Positions 39,819-50,529 of a stretch of DNA of 64,000 bases are shown here, in pieces. The translations under genes and the position numbers were made by a program. Every line of letters begins with the position of its first letter. The stretch's first letter is position 1. The stretch spans positions 3,232,001-3,296,000 of the forward strand of contig OY969934.1 in NCBI GenBank assembly GCA_963704725.1, in the 5' to 3' direction. Below the pieces are notes generated by a model that worked only from the letters and a program-made list of their open reading frames with translations, was not told the origin of the DNA and did no database searches. The stretch is from an uncultured Actinomycetes bacterium. Its GTDB lineage: Bacteria; Actinomycetota; UBA4738; HRBIN12.

Positions 39819-40463
39819 TCAGGTGCGCAGGACGAGCAGGATCATCGCGTAGTGGCAGCCGGCGGCCGCCACCATGAACGCGTGCCAGATCTCGTGGTAC
39901 CCGAACACGTCGGGTCGGGGGTCCGGGCGATGCGAGGCGAACATGATCGCGCCGGCCGTATAGAGGAGCCCTCCGGTCAGCAGCAGGATCAGCTCCGCGA
40001 GCGACAGCCCCTGCACCAGCTGGGGGAAGGCGATCATGGCGAGCCACCCCATCACCATGTAGAGGGTCGCGGTGACGATCGAGAGGCCGTGCGGCTTCAC
40101 CATCTTCAGGGTGATGCCGATCGCCGCGGCCGCCCAGATGACCGAGAGCAGGACGACCTCCCAGGGCCCGTGCAGCGCCAGGACCGTGATCGGCGTGTAG
40201 CTGCCCGCGATCAGGACGTAGATCATCGAGTGGTCCAGCCGCTTCATCCAGGTGCGGACGGCCGGGGACCAGGCGCCTCGGTGATAGGCGGCGCTCGAGC
40301 CGAGGACCGCCGTGAGGCTTGCCGCGTAGATCGATGCGACGGCCGTCGCGGCGGCGCCCTGCGCGACGAGGATGACCACGACGCCCGCGGGGATCGAGAC
40401 GAAGAACGCGACCTGGTGGATGCGGCCGCGCAGCCGAGGCTTCTCGAGCACGGCGGCGGCCAT
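39819..40463 (-). CDS. Hemolysin III / PAQR family membrane protein
   Basis: KPRLRG.IH, SAAYH, RLDHSMIYVLIAGSYTP, GYHEIWH. Confidence 0.9.
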   Translation of the reverse strand: MAAAVLEKPRLRGRIHQVAFFVSIPAGVVVILVAQGAAATAVASIYAASLTAVLGSSAAYHRGAWSPAVRTWMKRLDHSMIYVLIAGSYTPITVLALHGPWEVVLLSVIWAAAAIGITLKMVKPHGLSIVTATLYMVMGWLAMIAFPQLVQGLSLAELILLLTGGLLYTAGAIMFASHRPDPRPDVFGYHEIWHAFMVAAAGCHYAMILLVLRT

Positions 40464-40506
40464 CGGTTGCATGGTACCGCAACACGCCATCGGCTACCCT
40501 TCGGTC

Positions 40507-42225
40507 ATGGCCCCGGACCTCGTCCGCAGGCTCGCCGTCGCCCGCGGTGACGAGCCCGCCGACCTCGTGCTTCGGGGCGGGCGTGTGCTCTCGGTCTTCA
40601 CCGGCGAGCTCCTCGATGCGGACATCGCGATCTGCGGCGAGCACGTCGCCGGCGTCGGATCCGACTACGACGGCGTCGAGATCGTCGACGTCTCGGGGCT
40701 GATCCTGCTCCCCGGCTTCATCGACGGGCACATGCATCTCGAGTCGACCAAGCTCATGGTCGACGAGTTCGCCCGCGCCGCGCTCCCGTGGGGGACGACC
40801 ACGGTCGTGCTCGACCCGCACGAGATCGCCAACGTCTTCGGGCTCGACGGAGTCCGAGCGATCCTCGAGCGCGCCGCCGACATCCCGCTCGACTATTTCG
40901 TGATGGTGTCCTCGTGCGTCCCGGCGTCGCCGTTCGAGTCGAGCGGCGCCACGGTCACGGCCGAGGACATCGCTGCGTTCCTGTCGGAGGAGCCGAACGC
41001 GATCGGCATCGCGGAGATGATGGACGTGCCCGGCGTGGTGCACGGCCACCCCGACGCGCTCGCCAAGGTGGACGCGGCGGCGGGACGTCACATCGACGGC
41101 CACGCCCCCGGCCTGTCGGGTCGAGGGCTCAACGCGTACCTGGCGGCCGGCGTCCGCAGCGACCACGAGTGCACGACCTACGAGGAGGCGCTCGAGAAGC
41201 GCCGCCTCGGCATGTGGATCATGATCCGCGAGGGCTCGGCCGCGCGGAACCTGGAAGCGCTGCTGCCCCTGGTCCTCGAGCACGGCCCGGCGAACACGCT
41301 GCTCTGCACGGACGACCGGGAGCCGGACCAGCTCCTCGAGGAGGGTCACATCAACGACGTGATGCGCAAGGCGGTCGCGCTCGGCTGCCCGCCCGCCGAT
41401 GCCGTCCTGATGGGGACCCTGAACGCGGCCCGGTACCACCGCCTGTACGAGCACGGCGCCCTCGCCCCCGGCTACCTCGCCGACGTCGTCGCCGTGGCCG
41501 ACCTCGAGTCGTTCCGGCCGGTGCGGGTGTACAAGCGGGGACGCATGGCGGCCGCGAACGGTCGCGCCGTCGGCGTTCCCCGCGTCACCCCCCACGATTG
41601 GATGCGCGGCAGCGTCCACGTCCGCCACCTGGAGGCCTCGGACTTCCAGATCTCGATCGACGGGCGGGTGCGCGTGATCGGTGTCGAGGCCGGGCAGATC
41701 GTGACGAAGGCGCTTGAGGACGACCCGGGCCACCGCAACGGCCACGCCACCGCGGATCCCGATCGCGACCTGGCCAAGATGGCCGTGATCGAGCGTCACC
41801 GCGACACCGGGCGGATCGGCCTCGGCTTCGTCCGCGGGTTCGGTCTGCGGCGGGGCGCGCTCGCCTCCAGCCACGCGCACGACGCCCACAACGTGGTCGT
41901 GGTCGGGGTCGACGACGCCGACATGGCGACCGCGGCCAACCGCCTCCGCGACATCGGCGGCGGTCAGGTCGCCGTGGCGGGCGGCGAGGTCCTGGCGGAG
42001 GTGCCGTGTCCCATCGGCGGGCTGCTCTCGGACCTCCCGGTGGAGGAGGTGGCGTCCGCGGTCCGCCGGATGGAAACGGCCGCGCACAAGGCGCTCGGGG
42101 CCACGCTGCCCTCGCCCTTCATGGCGATGTCGTTCATGGCGCTCTCGGTCATCCCCGAGCTGAAGCTCACCGACCGGGGATTGATCGACGTGCTCCGCTC
42201 CGAGCTGGTCCCGCTCGAGGCGTAG
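40507..42225 (+). CDS. ade: Adenine deaminase
   Basis: PGFIDGHMHLES, DPHEIANV, DGHAP, DHEC, IREGS, CTDDR, HDAHN, LSVIPELKLTDRG. Confidence 0.95.
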   Translation: MAPDLVRRLAVARGDEPADLVLRGGRVLSVFTGELLDADIAICGEHVAGVGSDYDGVEIVDVSGLILLPGFIDGHMHLESTKLMVDEFARAALPWGTTTVVLDPHEIANVFGLDGVRAILERAADIPLDYFVMVSSCVPASPFESSGATVTAEDIAAFLSEEPNAIGIAEMMDVPGVVHGHPDALAKVDAAAGRHIDGHAPGLSGRGLNAYLAAGVRSDHECTTYEEALEKRRLGMWIMIREGSAARNLEALLPLVLEHGPANTLLCTDDREPDQLLEEGHINDVMRKAVALGCPPADAVLMGTLNAARYHRLYEHGALAPGYLADVVAVADLESFRPVRVYKRGRMAAANGRAVGVPRVTPHDWMRGSVHVRHLEASDFQISIDGRVRVIGVEAGQIVTKALEDDPGHRNGHATADPDRDLAKMAVIERHRDTGRIGLGFVRGFGLRRGALASSHAHDAHNVVVVGVDDADMATAANRLRDIGGGQVAVAGGEVLAEVPCPIGGLLSDLPVEEVASAVRRMETAAHKALGATLPSPFMAMSFMALSVIPELKLTDRGLIDVLRSELVPLEA

Positions 42226-42228
42226 CCG

Positions 42229-44064
42229 CTACCCGCCGAGCAGCTCCCGAACAGCCTCGGCGATCCTCGCCGAGGAGATCCCCGCCCACTCGCGGAGCTC
42301 CTCGGGTGTCCCCGAGCCGGGCATGGCCTCGACCGCGAGCTTGTGGACGCGCCCGGTGAGCGGACCGCCGGACGCGATCGCCGACAGCACGGCGTCACCG
42401 AGCCCGCCTTCGGGCCAGTGGTCCTCCGCGGTCACCACGAGACCGGTCTCGGCCAGCGCCCGCCGGAGCGCGGCGGCGTCGATCGGCTTGATGGAGTAGG
42501 CGTCGATCACCCGGGCAGAGATGCCCTCGGCGGCGAGGGCGTCGGCGGCCTCGAGCCCCTGGAAGACGGTCACGCCGGCCCCCACGATCGTCACGCGATC
42601 CCCGTCGCTCGACCGCAGGGTCTTGCTGCCGCCGATCGGGAACTCCTCGGCCGGACCGTACAGGCGCGCGGTCTTCTCCCGTGTCGTCCGGATGTAGGAG
42701 ATGCCCGGCAGGTCCGCCATCGCCGCGACGAGCTTGGCCGTGGCGTTGCCGTCCGCCGGGTAGAACACGGTCGAGCCGTGGACGGCGCGCATCATGGCCA
42801 GGTCCTCAAGCGCCATCTGCGACGGCCCGTCCTCGCCGATCGAGACGCCCGCGTGGGACCCGGAGAGCCGGAGGTTGGCCCGGCTGATGGCGGCCATCCG
42901 GACGAAGTCGTACGCGCGCGTGAGGAACGCGGCGAACGTGGCGGCGAACACGGTCTTGCCCAGAACCTGCATCCCGACCGCCATCCCGAGCATGTTCTGC
43001 TCCGCGATGTAGCTCTCCACGAATCGCTCCGGCGCCACCTTCTGGAAATCCTCGGTGTACGTGGAGTTGGCCACCTCGCCGTCGATCGCGACGACGTCGG
43101 GACGGGCGGCGAGCGCCGCGAGCGTCTCCCCGAACGCCTTGCGCGTCGCGATCGCTTCCTCGTACTCGGGCAGGACGACCGGGGCGCCGTTCGGCGGTGG
43201 GGTCACGCCGGCCTCGGGCTTGGGCGGGGTGATCCGCAGGTCGCGCTCCCCGCCGAGCTCGGCGATCGCGCGCTCGGCCTCCTCGGCCGAGAGCGGCTTG
43301 CCGTGCCAGCCCTCCGCGTTCGCCAGGAACGAGACGCCGTGACCCTTCTCCGTCCGGGCCACGACGAGGGCGGGCCGGCCCGCCGACTCGGCCTGGCGGT
43401 AGGCGTCGTCGATCGCGGCGACGTCGTGACCGTCGACACGGACGGCGAGCCACCCGAACGACTCGGCTCGCGCGGCGTAGGCATCGCCGTCCCACTGGAG
43501 CATCGTCGGACCCCGCTGGCCGAGCCGGTTCATGTCTAGGACGGCGACGAGATTGTCGACGCCGTGGAACGAGGCGTTCTCCATCGCCTCCCACACCGAG
43601 CCCTCGGCCGACTCGGAGTCCCCGAGCAGCACCCACACCCGCGCCGGGATCCGGTCCAGCTTCATGGCCAGGGCCATGCCGAGCCCGATCGGGAGCCCCT
43701 GGCCCAGCGAGCCCGTCGCCACGTCCACCCACGGCATGTCGGGAAGCGGCACGGGGTGGCCCTGCACCGGCGAGCCGAAGCGGCGGAAGGACATGAGCTG
43801 CTCGTCGGTGATGGCCCCGACCGCCTTGAGCATGGAGAACATCAGCGGCGACGCATGGCCCTTGGACAGCACGAACCGGTCGTTGGCGAGCGCCTTGGGG
43901 TCGGCGACGTCGGTGCGCAGGTGGCCGGCGTACAGCACCGCGAGCAGATGGGCCGCCGACAGCGAGGAGGTCGGGTGTCCCGAGCCCGCCGCGGTCGAGC
44001 ACCGGATCGAGTCGACGGCGAGCTGGGCGGCCAGCTCGTTCCACTCTCGGACCGCGTCGTCCAT
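42229..44064 (-). CDS. tkt: Transketolase
   Basis: SGHPTSS, DRFVLSKGHA, ATGSLGQG, GDSE..EG..WE, IAEQNM, GEDGPSQM. Confidence 0.95.
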   Translation of the reverse strand: MDDAVREWNELAAQLAVDSIRCSTAAGSGHPTSSLSAAHLLAVLYAGHLRTDVADPKALANDRFVLSKGHASPLMFSMLKAVGAITDEQLMSFRRFGSPVQGHPVPLPDMPWVDVATGSLGQGLPIGLGMALAMKLDRIPARVWVLLGDSESAEGSVWEAMENASFHGVDNLVAVLDMNRLGQRGPTMLQWDGDAYAARAESFGWLAVRVDGHDVAAIDDAYRQAESAGRPALVVARTEKGHGVSFLANAEGWHGKPLSAEEAERAIAELGGERDLRITPPKPEAGVTPPPNGAPVVLPEYEEAIATRKAFGETLAALAARPDVVAIDGEVANSTYTEDFQKVAPERFVESYIAEQNMLGMAVGMQVLGKTVFAATFAAFLTRAYDFVRMAAISRANLRLSGSHAGVSIGEDGPSQMALEDLAMMRAVHGSTVFYPADGNATAKLVAAMADLPGISYIRTTREKTARLYGPAEEFPIGGSKTLRSSDGDRVTIVGAGVTVFQGLEAADALAAEGISARVIDAYSIKPIDAAALRRALAETGLVVTAEDHWPEGGLGDAVLSAIASGGPLTGRVHKLAVEAMPGSGTPEELREWAGISSARIAEAVRELLGG

Positions 44065-44156
44065 GCTCGCCTCCTGCCCGGGGATGCTTGTGTACCCGCT
44101 CCGGCCGCAGCTTACGTGCCGGCTGCGGATATCGACGCCCTGCTACCCTGGGGCCC

Positions 44157-44447
44157 GTGGCCGACTACAAGGAAGCGCGAGCCGAGCGCCTGTACCTGAA
44201 GGTGCCCAACACCGACAAGCTGCGCAAGAACGCCGCCGGGCGCCACCGGCACCTGCTCGCCGCCGGCTGGCGCGAGGTGGAGCGCAAGCCGCAGATCGAC
44301 CACATCTGGGTCCGCTACGAGCGCACGGGGCCGACGCCCCTGAAGCTGCGGATGCCCCGCCCCGACAAGGACCAGGGCCGCTTCGAGCGTCGCCCCCGGG
44401 GCGGCGACCGCGGTGGGTTCCGCGGCGGCCCACGCGGCCGGCGCTAG
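44157..44447 (+). CDS. Small basic hypothetical protein with RGG-rich tail
   Basis: GTG 7 nt after -10 TACCCT; good codon usage; ends RPRGGDRGGFRGGPRGRR. Confidence 0.7.
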   Translation: MADYKEARAERLYLKVPNTDKLRKNAAGRHRHLLAAGWREVERKPQIDHIWVRYERTGPTPLKLRMPRPDKDQGRFERRPRGGDRGGFRGGPRGRR

Positions 44448-44622
44448 CGCCCGCCCGCCCTCACCCCACCCTCTTGCCGTTCCCGAACGTCGCACCCCCG
44501 TAGGGCCGAACGTGCCGAAGGATCTTCGGCGAACGACCTGTTTCGCCGCAGGAAGCCCGGGTACAATCGCGGTACGGGCACCATCCGTTCAGTCCGCTGA
44601 CGCGTGGGAGGAGGGCCGAGGG

Positions 44623-46050
44623 ATGAGCGAGGCGACGACGCCGGCTCCGGGCGCGGCACGGCAACGACCCAAGCGCGAGGCCGGTCGCGCCCACGCGGCC
44701 GAGCAGCCCTTCGCCTATCCGATGCGGCGCGAGTTCGGCGAGCCGGACTGGACGCGCCTGCCCGGGTTCGCCGACGTGACGAAGGACCAGTGGGAGTCGG
44801 CGCAGTGGCAGCGGGCCCACTCGATCAAGAACCTCGTCGAGCTCAAGCGGGCGCTCGGCGACCATCTGGACGACGACCTGTACGCGGACATCGAGCGCGA
44901 CCAGCAGGAACGGGCCACCATGTCGATGCTGATCCCTCCGCAGATGGTCAACACGATGGACGAGACCGACCTGCGGAGCGACCCCGTGCGCCGCTACATG
45001 GCGCCGGCGCTCGGTGATCGCGACCCCGAGTTCCCCTCGCACCCCATGGCCACGCGCGACTCGCTGCACGAGTCGGACATGTGGGCGGTCGAGGGGCTCA
45101 CCCACCGTTACCCGACGAAGGTGCTCGCCGAGCTGATCCCGACGTGCCCCCAGTACTGCGGCCACTGCACCCGGATGGACCTCGTCGGCAACGACACGGC
45201 GCAGGTCCTCAAGTACAAGTTCGACATGAAGCAGAACGAGCGCTGGGCCGCGATGCTCGACTACCTCCGCCGGACGCCGTCCGTGCGCGACGTCGTGGTG
45301 TCGGGCGGCGACATGGCCAACGTGCCGATCAAGCGGCTCCGGGAGTGGTTGTTCGAGCTGATGGACATCGAGAACGTCCGCGAGGTCCGGATCGCCACGA
45401 AGGGGCTGATGGGGATCCCCCAGCACTTCCTGCAGGACGAGGTCCTCGAGGGCTACGACGCGATCTCGCGGCGCGCGCACGAACGCGGGGTCGAGGTGGC
45501 CATCCACACCCACGTCAACGCCGCGCAGCAGGTCACGCCGCTCGTGGCGAAGGCCGTCCGAAAGCTCCTCGACATGGGGTTCCGCGACGTTCGGAACCAG
45601 GGCGTCCTGCTCCGCGGGGTGAACACGACCACCAACCAGATCCTCGAGCTGTGCTTCACGCTCTTGGATCACGCGAAGATCATGCCGTACTACTTCTACC
45701 TGTGCGACATGATCCCGGGCAGCGAGCACTGGCGGCTCGCGCTGTGGGAGGCGCAGGACCTCCAGTTCTCGATCATGGGGTACCTGCCCGGGTTCGCCAC
45801 GCCGCGCTTCGTCTGCGACGTGCCGTTCGTCGGCAAGCGCTGGGTCCACATGCTCAGCAGCTACGACCGAACGAAGGGCATCTCGTACTGGAAGAAGAAC
45901 TACCGCACCGGCATCGAGTACGACGACCCCGACGCGCTCTCGCGCGAGTACGCGTACTACGACCCGGTCTCCACGCTGCCCGAGGACGGGAAGCGGTACT
46001 GGCGGGAGTTCCTCGCCCAGCAGCAGGGTCGCACGCTCCAGCCGGCGTGA
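44623..46050 (+). CDS. KamA-family radical SAM aminomutase (lysine 2,3-aminomutase-like)
   Basis: [41 protein letters not shown], candidate PLP lysine in VGKR. Confidence 0.9.
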   Translation: MSEATTPAPGAARQRPKREAGRAHAAEQPFAYPMRREFGEPDWTRLPGFADVTKDQWESAQWQRAHSIKNLVELKRALGDHLDDDLYADIERDQQERATMSMLIPPQMVNTMDETDLRSDPVRRYMAPALGDRDPEFPSHPMATRDSLHESDMWAVEGLTHRYPTKVLAELIPTCPQYCGHCTRMDLVGNDTAQVLKYKFDMKQNERWAAMLDYLRRTPSVRDVVVSGGDMANVPIKRLREWLFELMDIENVREVRIATKGLMGIPQHFLQDEVLEGYDAISRRAHERGVEVAIHTHVNAAQQVTPLVAKAVRKLLDMGFRDVRNQGVLLRGVNTTTNQILELCFTLLDHAKIMPYYFYLCDMIPGSEHWRLALWEAQDLQFSIMGYLPGFATPRFVCDVPFVGKRWVHMLSSYDRTKGISYWKKNYRTGIEYDDPDALSREYAYYDPVSTLPEDGKRYWREFLAQQQGRTLQPA

Positions 46051-46087
46051 GCCTTCGGCCGCGTCCGGTGCGATAGGGTCGGGGGCC

Positions 46088-47455
46088 GTGTCCCGGGGCC
46101 GTCTCGTCGCCTTCTCGCTCGTGCTGCTCGGCGCGCTCGTCGCGGCGGCCTGCCGTGGAGACGACACGCCCACCTGGGATCCGCTGCCGCCGCTCGACTA
46201 CGGGGTCGCGCCCGCGCCGTTCGACGCCTCCGCGCTCGAGACGATGACGCCGATCAAGCACGTCGTGTTCGTCATCAAGGAGAACCGGACGCTCGACAAC
46301 ATGTACGGGATGTTCCCCGGGGCGAACGGCGTGAGCGTGGGGATGGACCAGGGCGAGCCGCGCACGCTGACGCCGACGCTCGACCGCCTCCCCACGGACA
46401 TCAAGCACTGCTACACGTGCTCGCTCCAAGCGTGGAACGGCGGCGCCATGGACGGCTTCGCCACGATCAGCGCGGCGGCCGATCGGTACGCGTACACGCA
46501 GTTCCAGCCGGGCGACTTGCCCAACTACTGGCGGTGGGCATCCGAGTTCGTCCTCGGCGACAACTTCTTCGCCAGCGCCCAGGGCCCGTCGTTCCCCAAC
46601 CACCTGTTCACGATCGCGGCGCAGTCGGGGGGGACGCACGAGAACCCGCCGCAGAGCCCGGCGCTGCTGACGGAGCACCATCGATCGACCGGACTGTTCA
46701 AGGCCTGGGGCTGCGACTCGCTCGACACGGCGTACTCGACCGTGACCGACAGCGAGGGCGTCACGAAGCGGGTCCCGCCATGCTTCGACTTCCTCACCGA
46801 GGGGGACCTGCTCACCCGGGCCGGGATCCCGTGGGCGTACTACGCCGCGTCGCAGGACCAGAACGGCTACATCTGGTCGGCGTACGACGCCGTCCGCCAC
46901 ATCCGGCAGGACGAGGCGTATTGGCAGGCCCACGTGTTCCCGGTGGACGACTTCGTCGAGCAGGCCCGGGACGGGCTCCTGCCGCCGGTGACGTGGGTGA
47001 CGCCGCGGTTCGAGCTCTCGGACCATCCCGAGTACAGCATGTGCAACGGCGAGAACTGGACCACCAGCGTCGTGAACGCGGTGATGCAGGGGCCCGACTG
47101 GCAGGAAACGGCCATCTTCATCACGTGGGACGACTACGGCGGCTTCTACGACCACGTGCCGCCGCCCCAGGTGGACGACTTCGGCTTCGGGATCCGGGTG
47201 CCCCTGCTGGTCATCTCCCCTTACGCGAAGCGGGGGTTCGTCACGCACGAGCTCGGCGAGTTCTCGAGCGTGCTGCGGTTCATCGAGGACAACTGGGGGC
47301 TCACGCAGCTCACGCACCGCGATCGAGACGCGACACCGCTGATCTCGTCGTTCGACTTCGAGCAGGAGCCCCGGCCCCCGGACGCTCTCCCGCTGCGGAC
47401 CGACTGCCCTGCCGAGCAGTTCCCCGAGCCCGGCCGCTACCAGGGTGGCGGCTGA
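46088..47455 (+). CDS. Phospholipase C/acid phosphatase (phosphoesterase) lipoprotein
   Basis: AAAC lipobox, [41 protein letters not shown]. Confidence 0.9.
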   Translation: MSRGRLVAFSLVLLGALVAAACRGDDTPTWDPLPPLDYGVAPAPFDASALETMTPIKHVVFVIKENRTLDNMYGMFPGANGVSVGMDQGEPRTLTPTLDRLPTDIKHCYTCSLQAWNGGAMDGFATISAAADRYAYTQFQPGDLPNYWRWASEFVLGDNFFASAQGPSFPNHLFTIAAQSGGTHENPPQSPALLTEHHRSTGLFKAWGCDSLDTAYSTVTDSEGVTKRVPPCFDFLTEGDLLTRAGIPWAYYAASQDQNGYIWSAYDAVRHIRQDEAYWQAHVFPVDDFVEQARDGLLPPVTWVTPRFELSDHPEYSMCNGENWTTSVVNAVMQGPDWQETAIFITWDDYGGFYDHVPPPQVDDFGFGIRVPLLVISPYAKRGFVTHELGEFSSVLRFIEDNWGLTQLTHRDRDATPLISSFDFEQEPRPPDALPLRTDCPAEQFPEPGRYQGGG

Positions 47456-47471
47456 GGCTCCGAGCCCGCGG

Positions 47472-49094
47472 TCAGTCGAACGGGCTCCCGATGGTCCGCA
47501 GGAACGGCCAGCTCGCGCGGAACTGGCTCGACGACGTCCCGTACGGACAGTCCGTGCGGAGCGGCAGGATCAGCTTGTGGAAGTCCGGGTGCTCGAAGTC
47601 GAAGGCCCCGAGCAAGGGATTGGCCCTTCGGTCCCGCGCCGTCATGGGGTCGAGCCCGAAGAGCTGCTCGACGAAGGCGAGCATCGAGCTGAACTCGTAC
47701 ACGGTGTGGTCGACGGATCCGCCCTCCGGGTTGTCGCCCTGGAGCGTGTACGGGCTGATGATCAGCGCCGGGGTCCGCGGCCCGAGGCCCATGATGTCGT
47801 ACTGCGGCGGCACCACGGGGTCGTAGAAGCCCCCGAAATCGTCCCAGACCAGGACGATCGCCGTGGACCGCCAGTACTCGCTCTTCATCACGGTGTTGAC
47901 GAGGTCGACGAACCAGTTCTCGCCGGCGCAGGTGCTCTTTCCCTCGCCGGGATGCTCGTTGTAGGACTCGGGAGGCAGGACCCAGGAGACCTGTGGCATC
48001 TCGCCGCTCCGCACGTCGTGGACGAAGTTCGCCGGCGGCTGGACGTTGTCCCACATCGGCCCGTATCGAACGTGGCGGATCATCTGCATGGCGTTCTGCC
48101 AGGCGTTCTCCGTCGCGTAGTACTTCCAGCTGATCCCGGCGTCCTCGAGCTCGTCCGGCAGCACGTCGATGTCGAAGCACAGGCGGACGCTTCCCCAGTA
48201 GTCGCCGATGTCGTAGGTGTTGGACCCGTTCGCCGTGATCTCGCGCTCGAGCTTCATGATGCGATCCTCGTTCCCACGGATCTCCTGCGGGTCGAATCGC
48301 GTCGCATTCTCGGTCGGGTCGTCGCAGTAGCTGCCCTCGTGGTCGGTCGTGGACTTGTTGTCGACGATGAAGTTCGACTGCGCGGCGATCGTGTACAGGT
48401 GCTCTGGAAGCGTGGGGCCGTACATCGACGTGAAGAAGTGGTCGGCCAGCACGAACCGATCCGCGTACGCCCAGTAGTTCGGGATGTCCTCGCGCTCCAG
48501 GTACGAGTAGCCCTCCATGTCCCTGCCGTACAGGTCCGCCCGGTCTCCGGAGATCGGGATCGGGCCGTTCATCCGGTTGAACCCGTTCATCTTCCCGTCG
48601 TTGATCGCCGTCAGCCCGCACCGGAAGCAGTGCGTGAGGTCGTGCTCGTAGGCATCGACGCCGTGCGTCAGCTGCACGACGGGGCCGTCGTGACACCCGT
48701 CCTGCGTGCACTCGATCGTCCCGCCCTCCGTGGCGCCCTCTGCGCCGGGGTACGTGGCGAAGTAGTTGTTGAACGTGCGGTTCTCCTTGACGACGAACAC
48801 GACGTGCTCGATCGGCGTCTCGCCGGGCACGATGCCCGTCTGACCGCCGCCCGTCGTGCCGTCGCCCCCGCCGGTCGTGCCTCCACCGGCCGACGGTCCA
48901 CCGGTGGGCGAGGCGCCGGCGCCGGTGCTCCCCCCGTCGTCGCCGCGCGTGGCCCACGCCAGCACGCCGATGAACAGGACGACGAGGCCGAGGAACGCGG
49001 CGAACCCGCGCCGACGGGCGGCGCGGCGACGGCTGAAGCGCAACCGGCTCTTCGGGATCGGCACGCGAGAGCCGGGGCCGGGCGTGTAGCTCAC
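47472..49094 (-). CDS. Membrane-anchored phospholipase C/phosphoesterase
   Basis: N-terminal TM, IEHVVFVVKENRT, GPTLPEH, WDDFGGFYD, GPRTP..ISPY. Confidence 0.9.
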   Translation of the reverse strand: MSYTPGPGSRVPIPKSRLRFSRRRAARRRGFAAFLGLVVLFIGVLAWATRGDDGGSTGAGASPTGGPSAGGGTTGGGDGTTGGGQTGIVPGETPIEHVVFVVKENRTFNNYFATYPGAEGATEGGTIECTQDGCHDGPVVQLTHGVDAYEHDLTHCFRCGLTAINDGKMNGFNRMNGPIPISGDRADLYGRDMEGYSYLEREDIPNYWAYADRFVLADHFFTSMYGPTLPEHLYTIAAQSNFIVDNKSTTDHEGSYCDDPTENATRFDPQEIRGNEDRIMKLEREITANGSNTYDIGDYWGSVRLCFDIDVLPDELEDAGISWKYYATENAWQNAMQMIRHVRYGPMWDNVQPPANFVHDVRSGEMPQVSWVLPPESYNEHPGEGKSTCAGENWFVDLVNTVMKSEYWRSTAIVLVWDDFGGFYDPVVPPQYDIMGLGPRTPALIISPYTLQGDNPEGGSVDHTVYEFSSMLAFVEQLFGLDPMTARDRRANPLLGAFDFEHPDFHKLILPLRTDCPYGTSSSQFRASWPFLRTIGSPFD

Positions 49095-49149
49095 GGCGAC
49101 ACCCTATCGTCCGTCGGCCGCTCGACCGGGACGCAGCGACCCGCGCCGC

Positions 49150-50529
49150 TCACGAACCGCGGGAGCGACGGAGCACCGCCGAGAGGCGGCGAACCGCGGC
49201 CGCGTAGGCCGGATCCTCGGCGACGTTCTCGAGCTCGCCGGGATCGCCCCGCAGGTCGTACAGCTCGCGCTCGTCGGTCTCGAGCTCGACGTACGCGAAC
49301 CGAGCGGTCCGCACCTCCCGCCACCCCGGCACGCGCTCACCGCCGATCCACTCGAGCAGGACCCGGCCCGAGCCGACGTCGCTCCGGCCGTCGAGGAGCG
49401 GGACGAGGCTCGTGCCGCTCGTGGCCGTCGGCGGCCGGATCCCCGCGAGCTCGGCGATCGTCGGCGCGAGGTCGACGGTCGAGGCCAGCGCCCGCTCCAC
49501 GCCGTGGCCGGCCGGCGGGTACCGCACGAGGAAGGGGACGTGCGTGCACTCCTCGTACGGGCACGTCTTCGTCACCCACCGATGCTCGCCGAAGGAGAAC
49601 CCGTTGTCCGAGACGAACACGATCACCGTCCGCTCGAGGTCGCCCCGCTCGCGCAGCGCACCGACGATCTCCCGCACGGCGTCGTCGACGGCCAGGAGCG
49701 CCTCGAACGACCGGCGATGGGCCTCGGCCAGCCCCGCCCGTGCCGCGGGGCCGAGCGGCGGGAGCGCCCGAACCCACGCCGGCTTGTCGCTCACGTCGGC
49801 CTCGTCCACGCTCGCAGGGACGGGAACCCGCATCCGGGCGTCGGCGCCCGCGTCCCGCGGGGCCGGGATCCACGGCGGGTGAGGCGCCGTGGGCGCGAAC
49901 CACAAGAAGAACGGCCGGTCGAGTGGCGCGTCCCGCAGGAACGAGACGGCGGCGCCGGCGAGCACGTCGGTGGAGTAGTCGCCGGGCCCACTCCCGTAGG
50001 CGGTCGGGACGCCTTGCTGGATCAGTGTGTAGTCGTGGTACAGGGTGTCCACCGCCCCCTGGGCCTTGCCCCACCACCGATCCCAGCCGAACGGCACGAA
50101 CGCCTCGCGGCCGAAGGGGTACTCGTTCAGGTACTTGCCGACGAGGCCCGTGTGATAGCCCGCCTCGTGCAGCCACGCGGCGATCGTGGCCCGCTCGTCG
50201 AGCCGAACGGCCGAGTCGTTGTTCACCACGCCGGTCTCGTGCGCGTAGCGCCCGGTCAGCATCGTCGCCCGCGACGGGCAGCACAGCGGGGTGTTGGCGA
50301 AGAAGTTGGGGAAGACGATCCAGTGATCCCGTCGATCGGTCGCCGCGGCCTGCAGGAACGGCATCACCGGCGGATCGTGCGGCAGGGAGTCGAGGGTCTG
50401 GTCGTCGGTGATGATGACGACCACGTTCCACCGCGGGTCGCGCTCGACCGCGGTCCCGGAACCGAGTGACAGACCGGCGGCGAGGACCGCGACCGCCGCC
50501 GCGGCCGCCCCGAGCCGGCGGGCCCTCAG
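49150..50529 (-). CDS. Secreted sulfatase (formylglycine-dependent)
   Basis: NVVVIITDDQ, CCPSRA..LTG, GKYLN, APH, SDNG, K..PYEE; start codon uncertain. Confidence 0.85.
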   Translation of the reverse strand: MRARRLGAAAAAVAVLAAGLSLGSGTAVERDPRWNVVVIITDDQTLDSLPHDPPVMPFLQAAATDRRDHWIVFPNFFANTPLCCPSRATMLTGRYAHETGVVNNDSAVRLDERATIAAWLHEAGYHTGLVGKYLNEYPFGREAFVPFGWDRWWGKAQGAVDTLYHDYTLIQQGVPTAYGSGPGDYSTDVLAGAAVSFLRDAPLDRPFFLWFAPTAPHPPWIPAPRDAGADARMRVPVPASVDEADVSDKPAWVRALPPLGPAARAGLAEAHRRSFEALLAVDDAVREIVGALRERGDLERTVIVFVSDNGFSFGEHRWVTKTCPYEECTHVPFLVRYPPAGHGVERALASTVDLAPTIAELAGIRPPTATSGTSLVPLLDGRSDVGSGRVLLEWIGGERVPGWREVRTARFAYVELETDERELYDLRGDPGELENVAEDPAYAAAVRRLSAVLRRSRGS

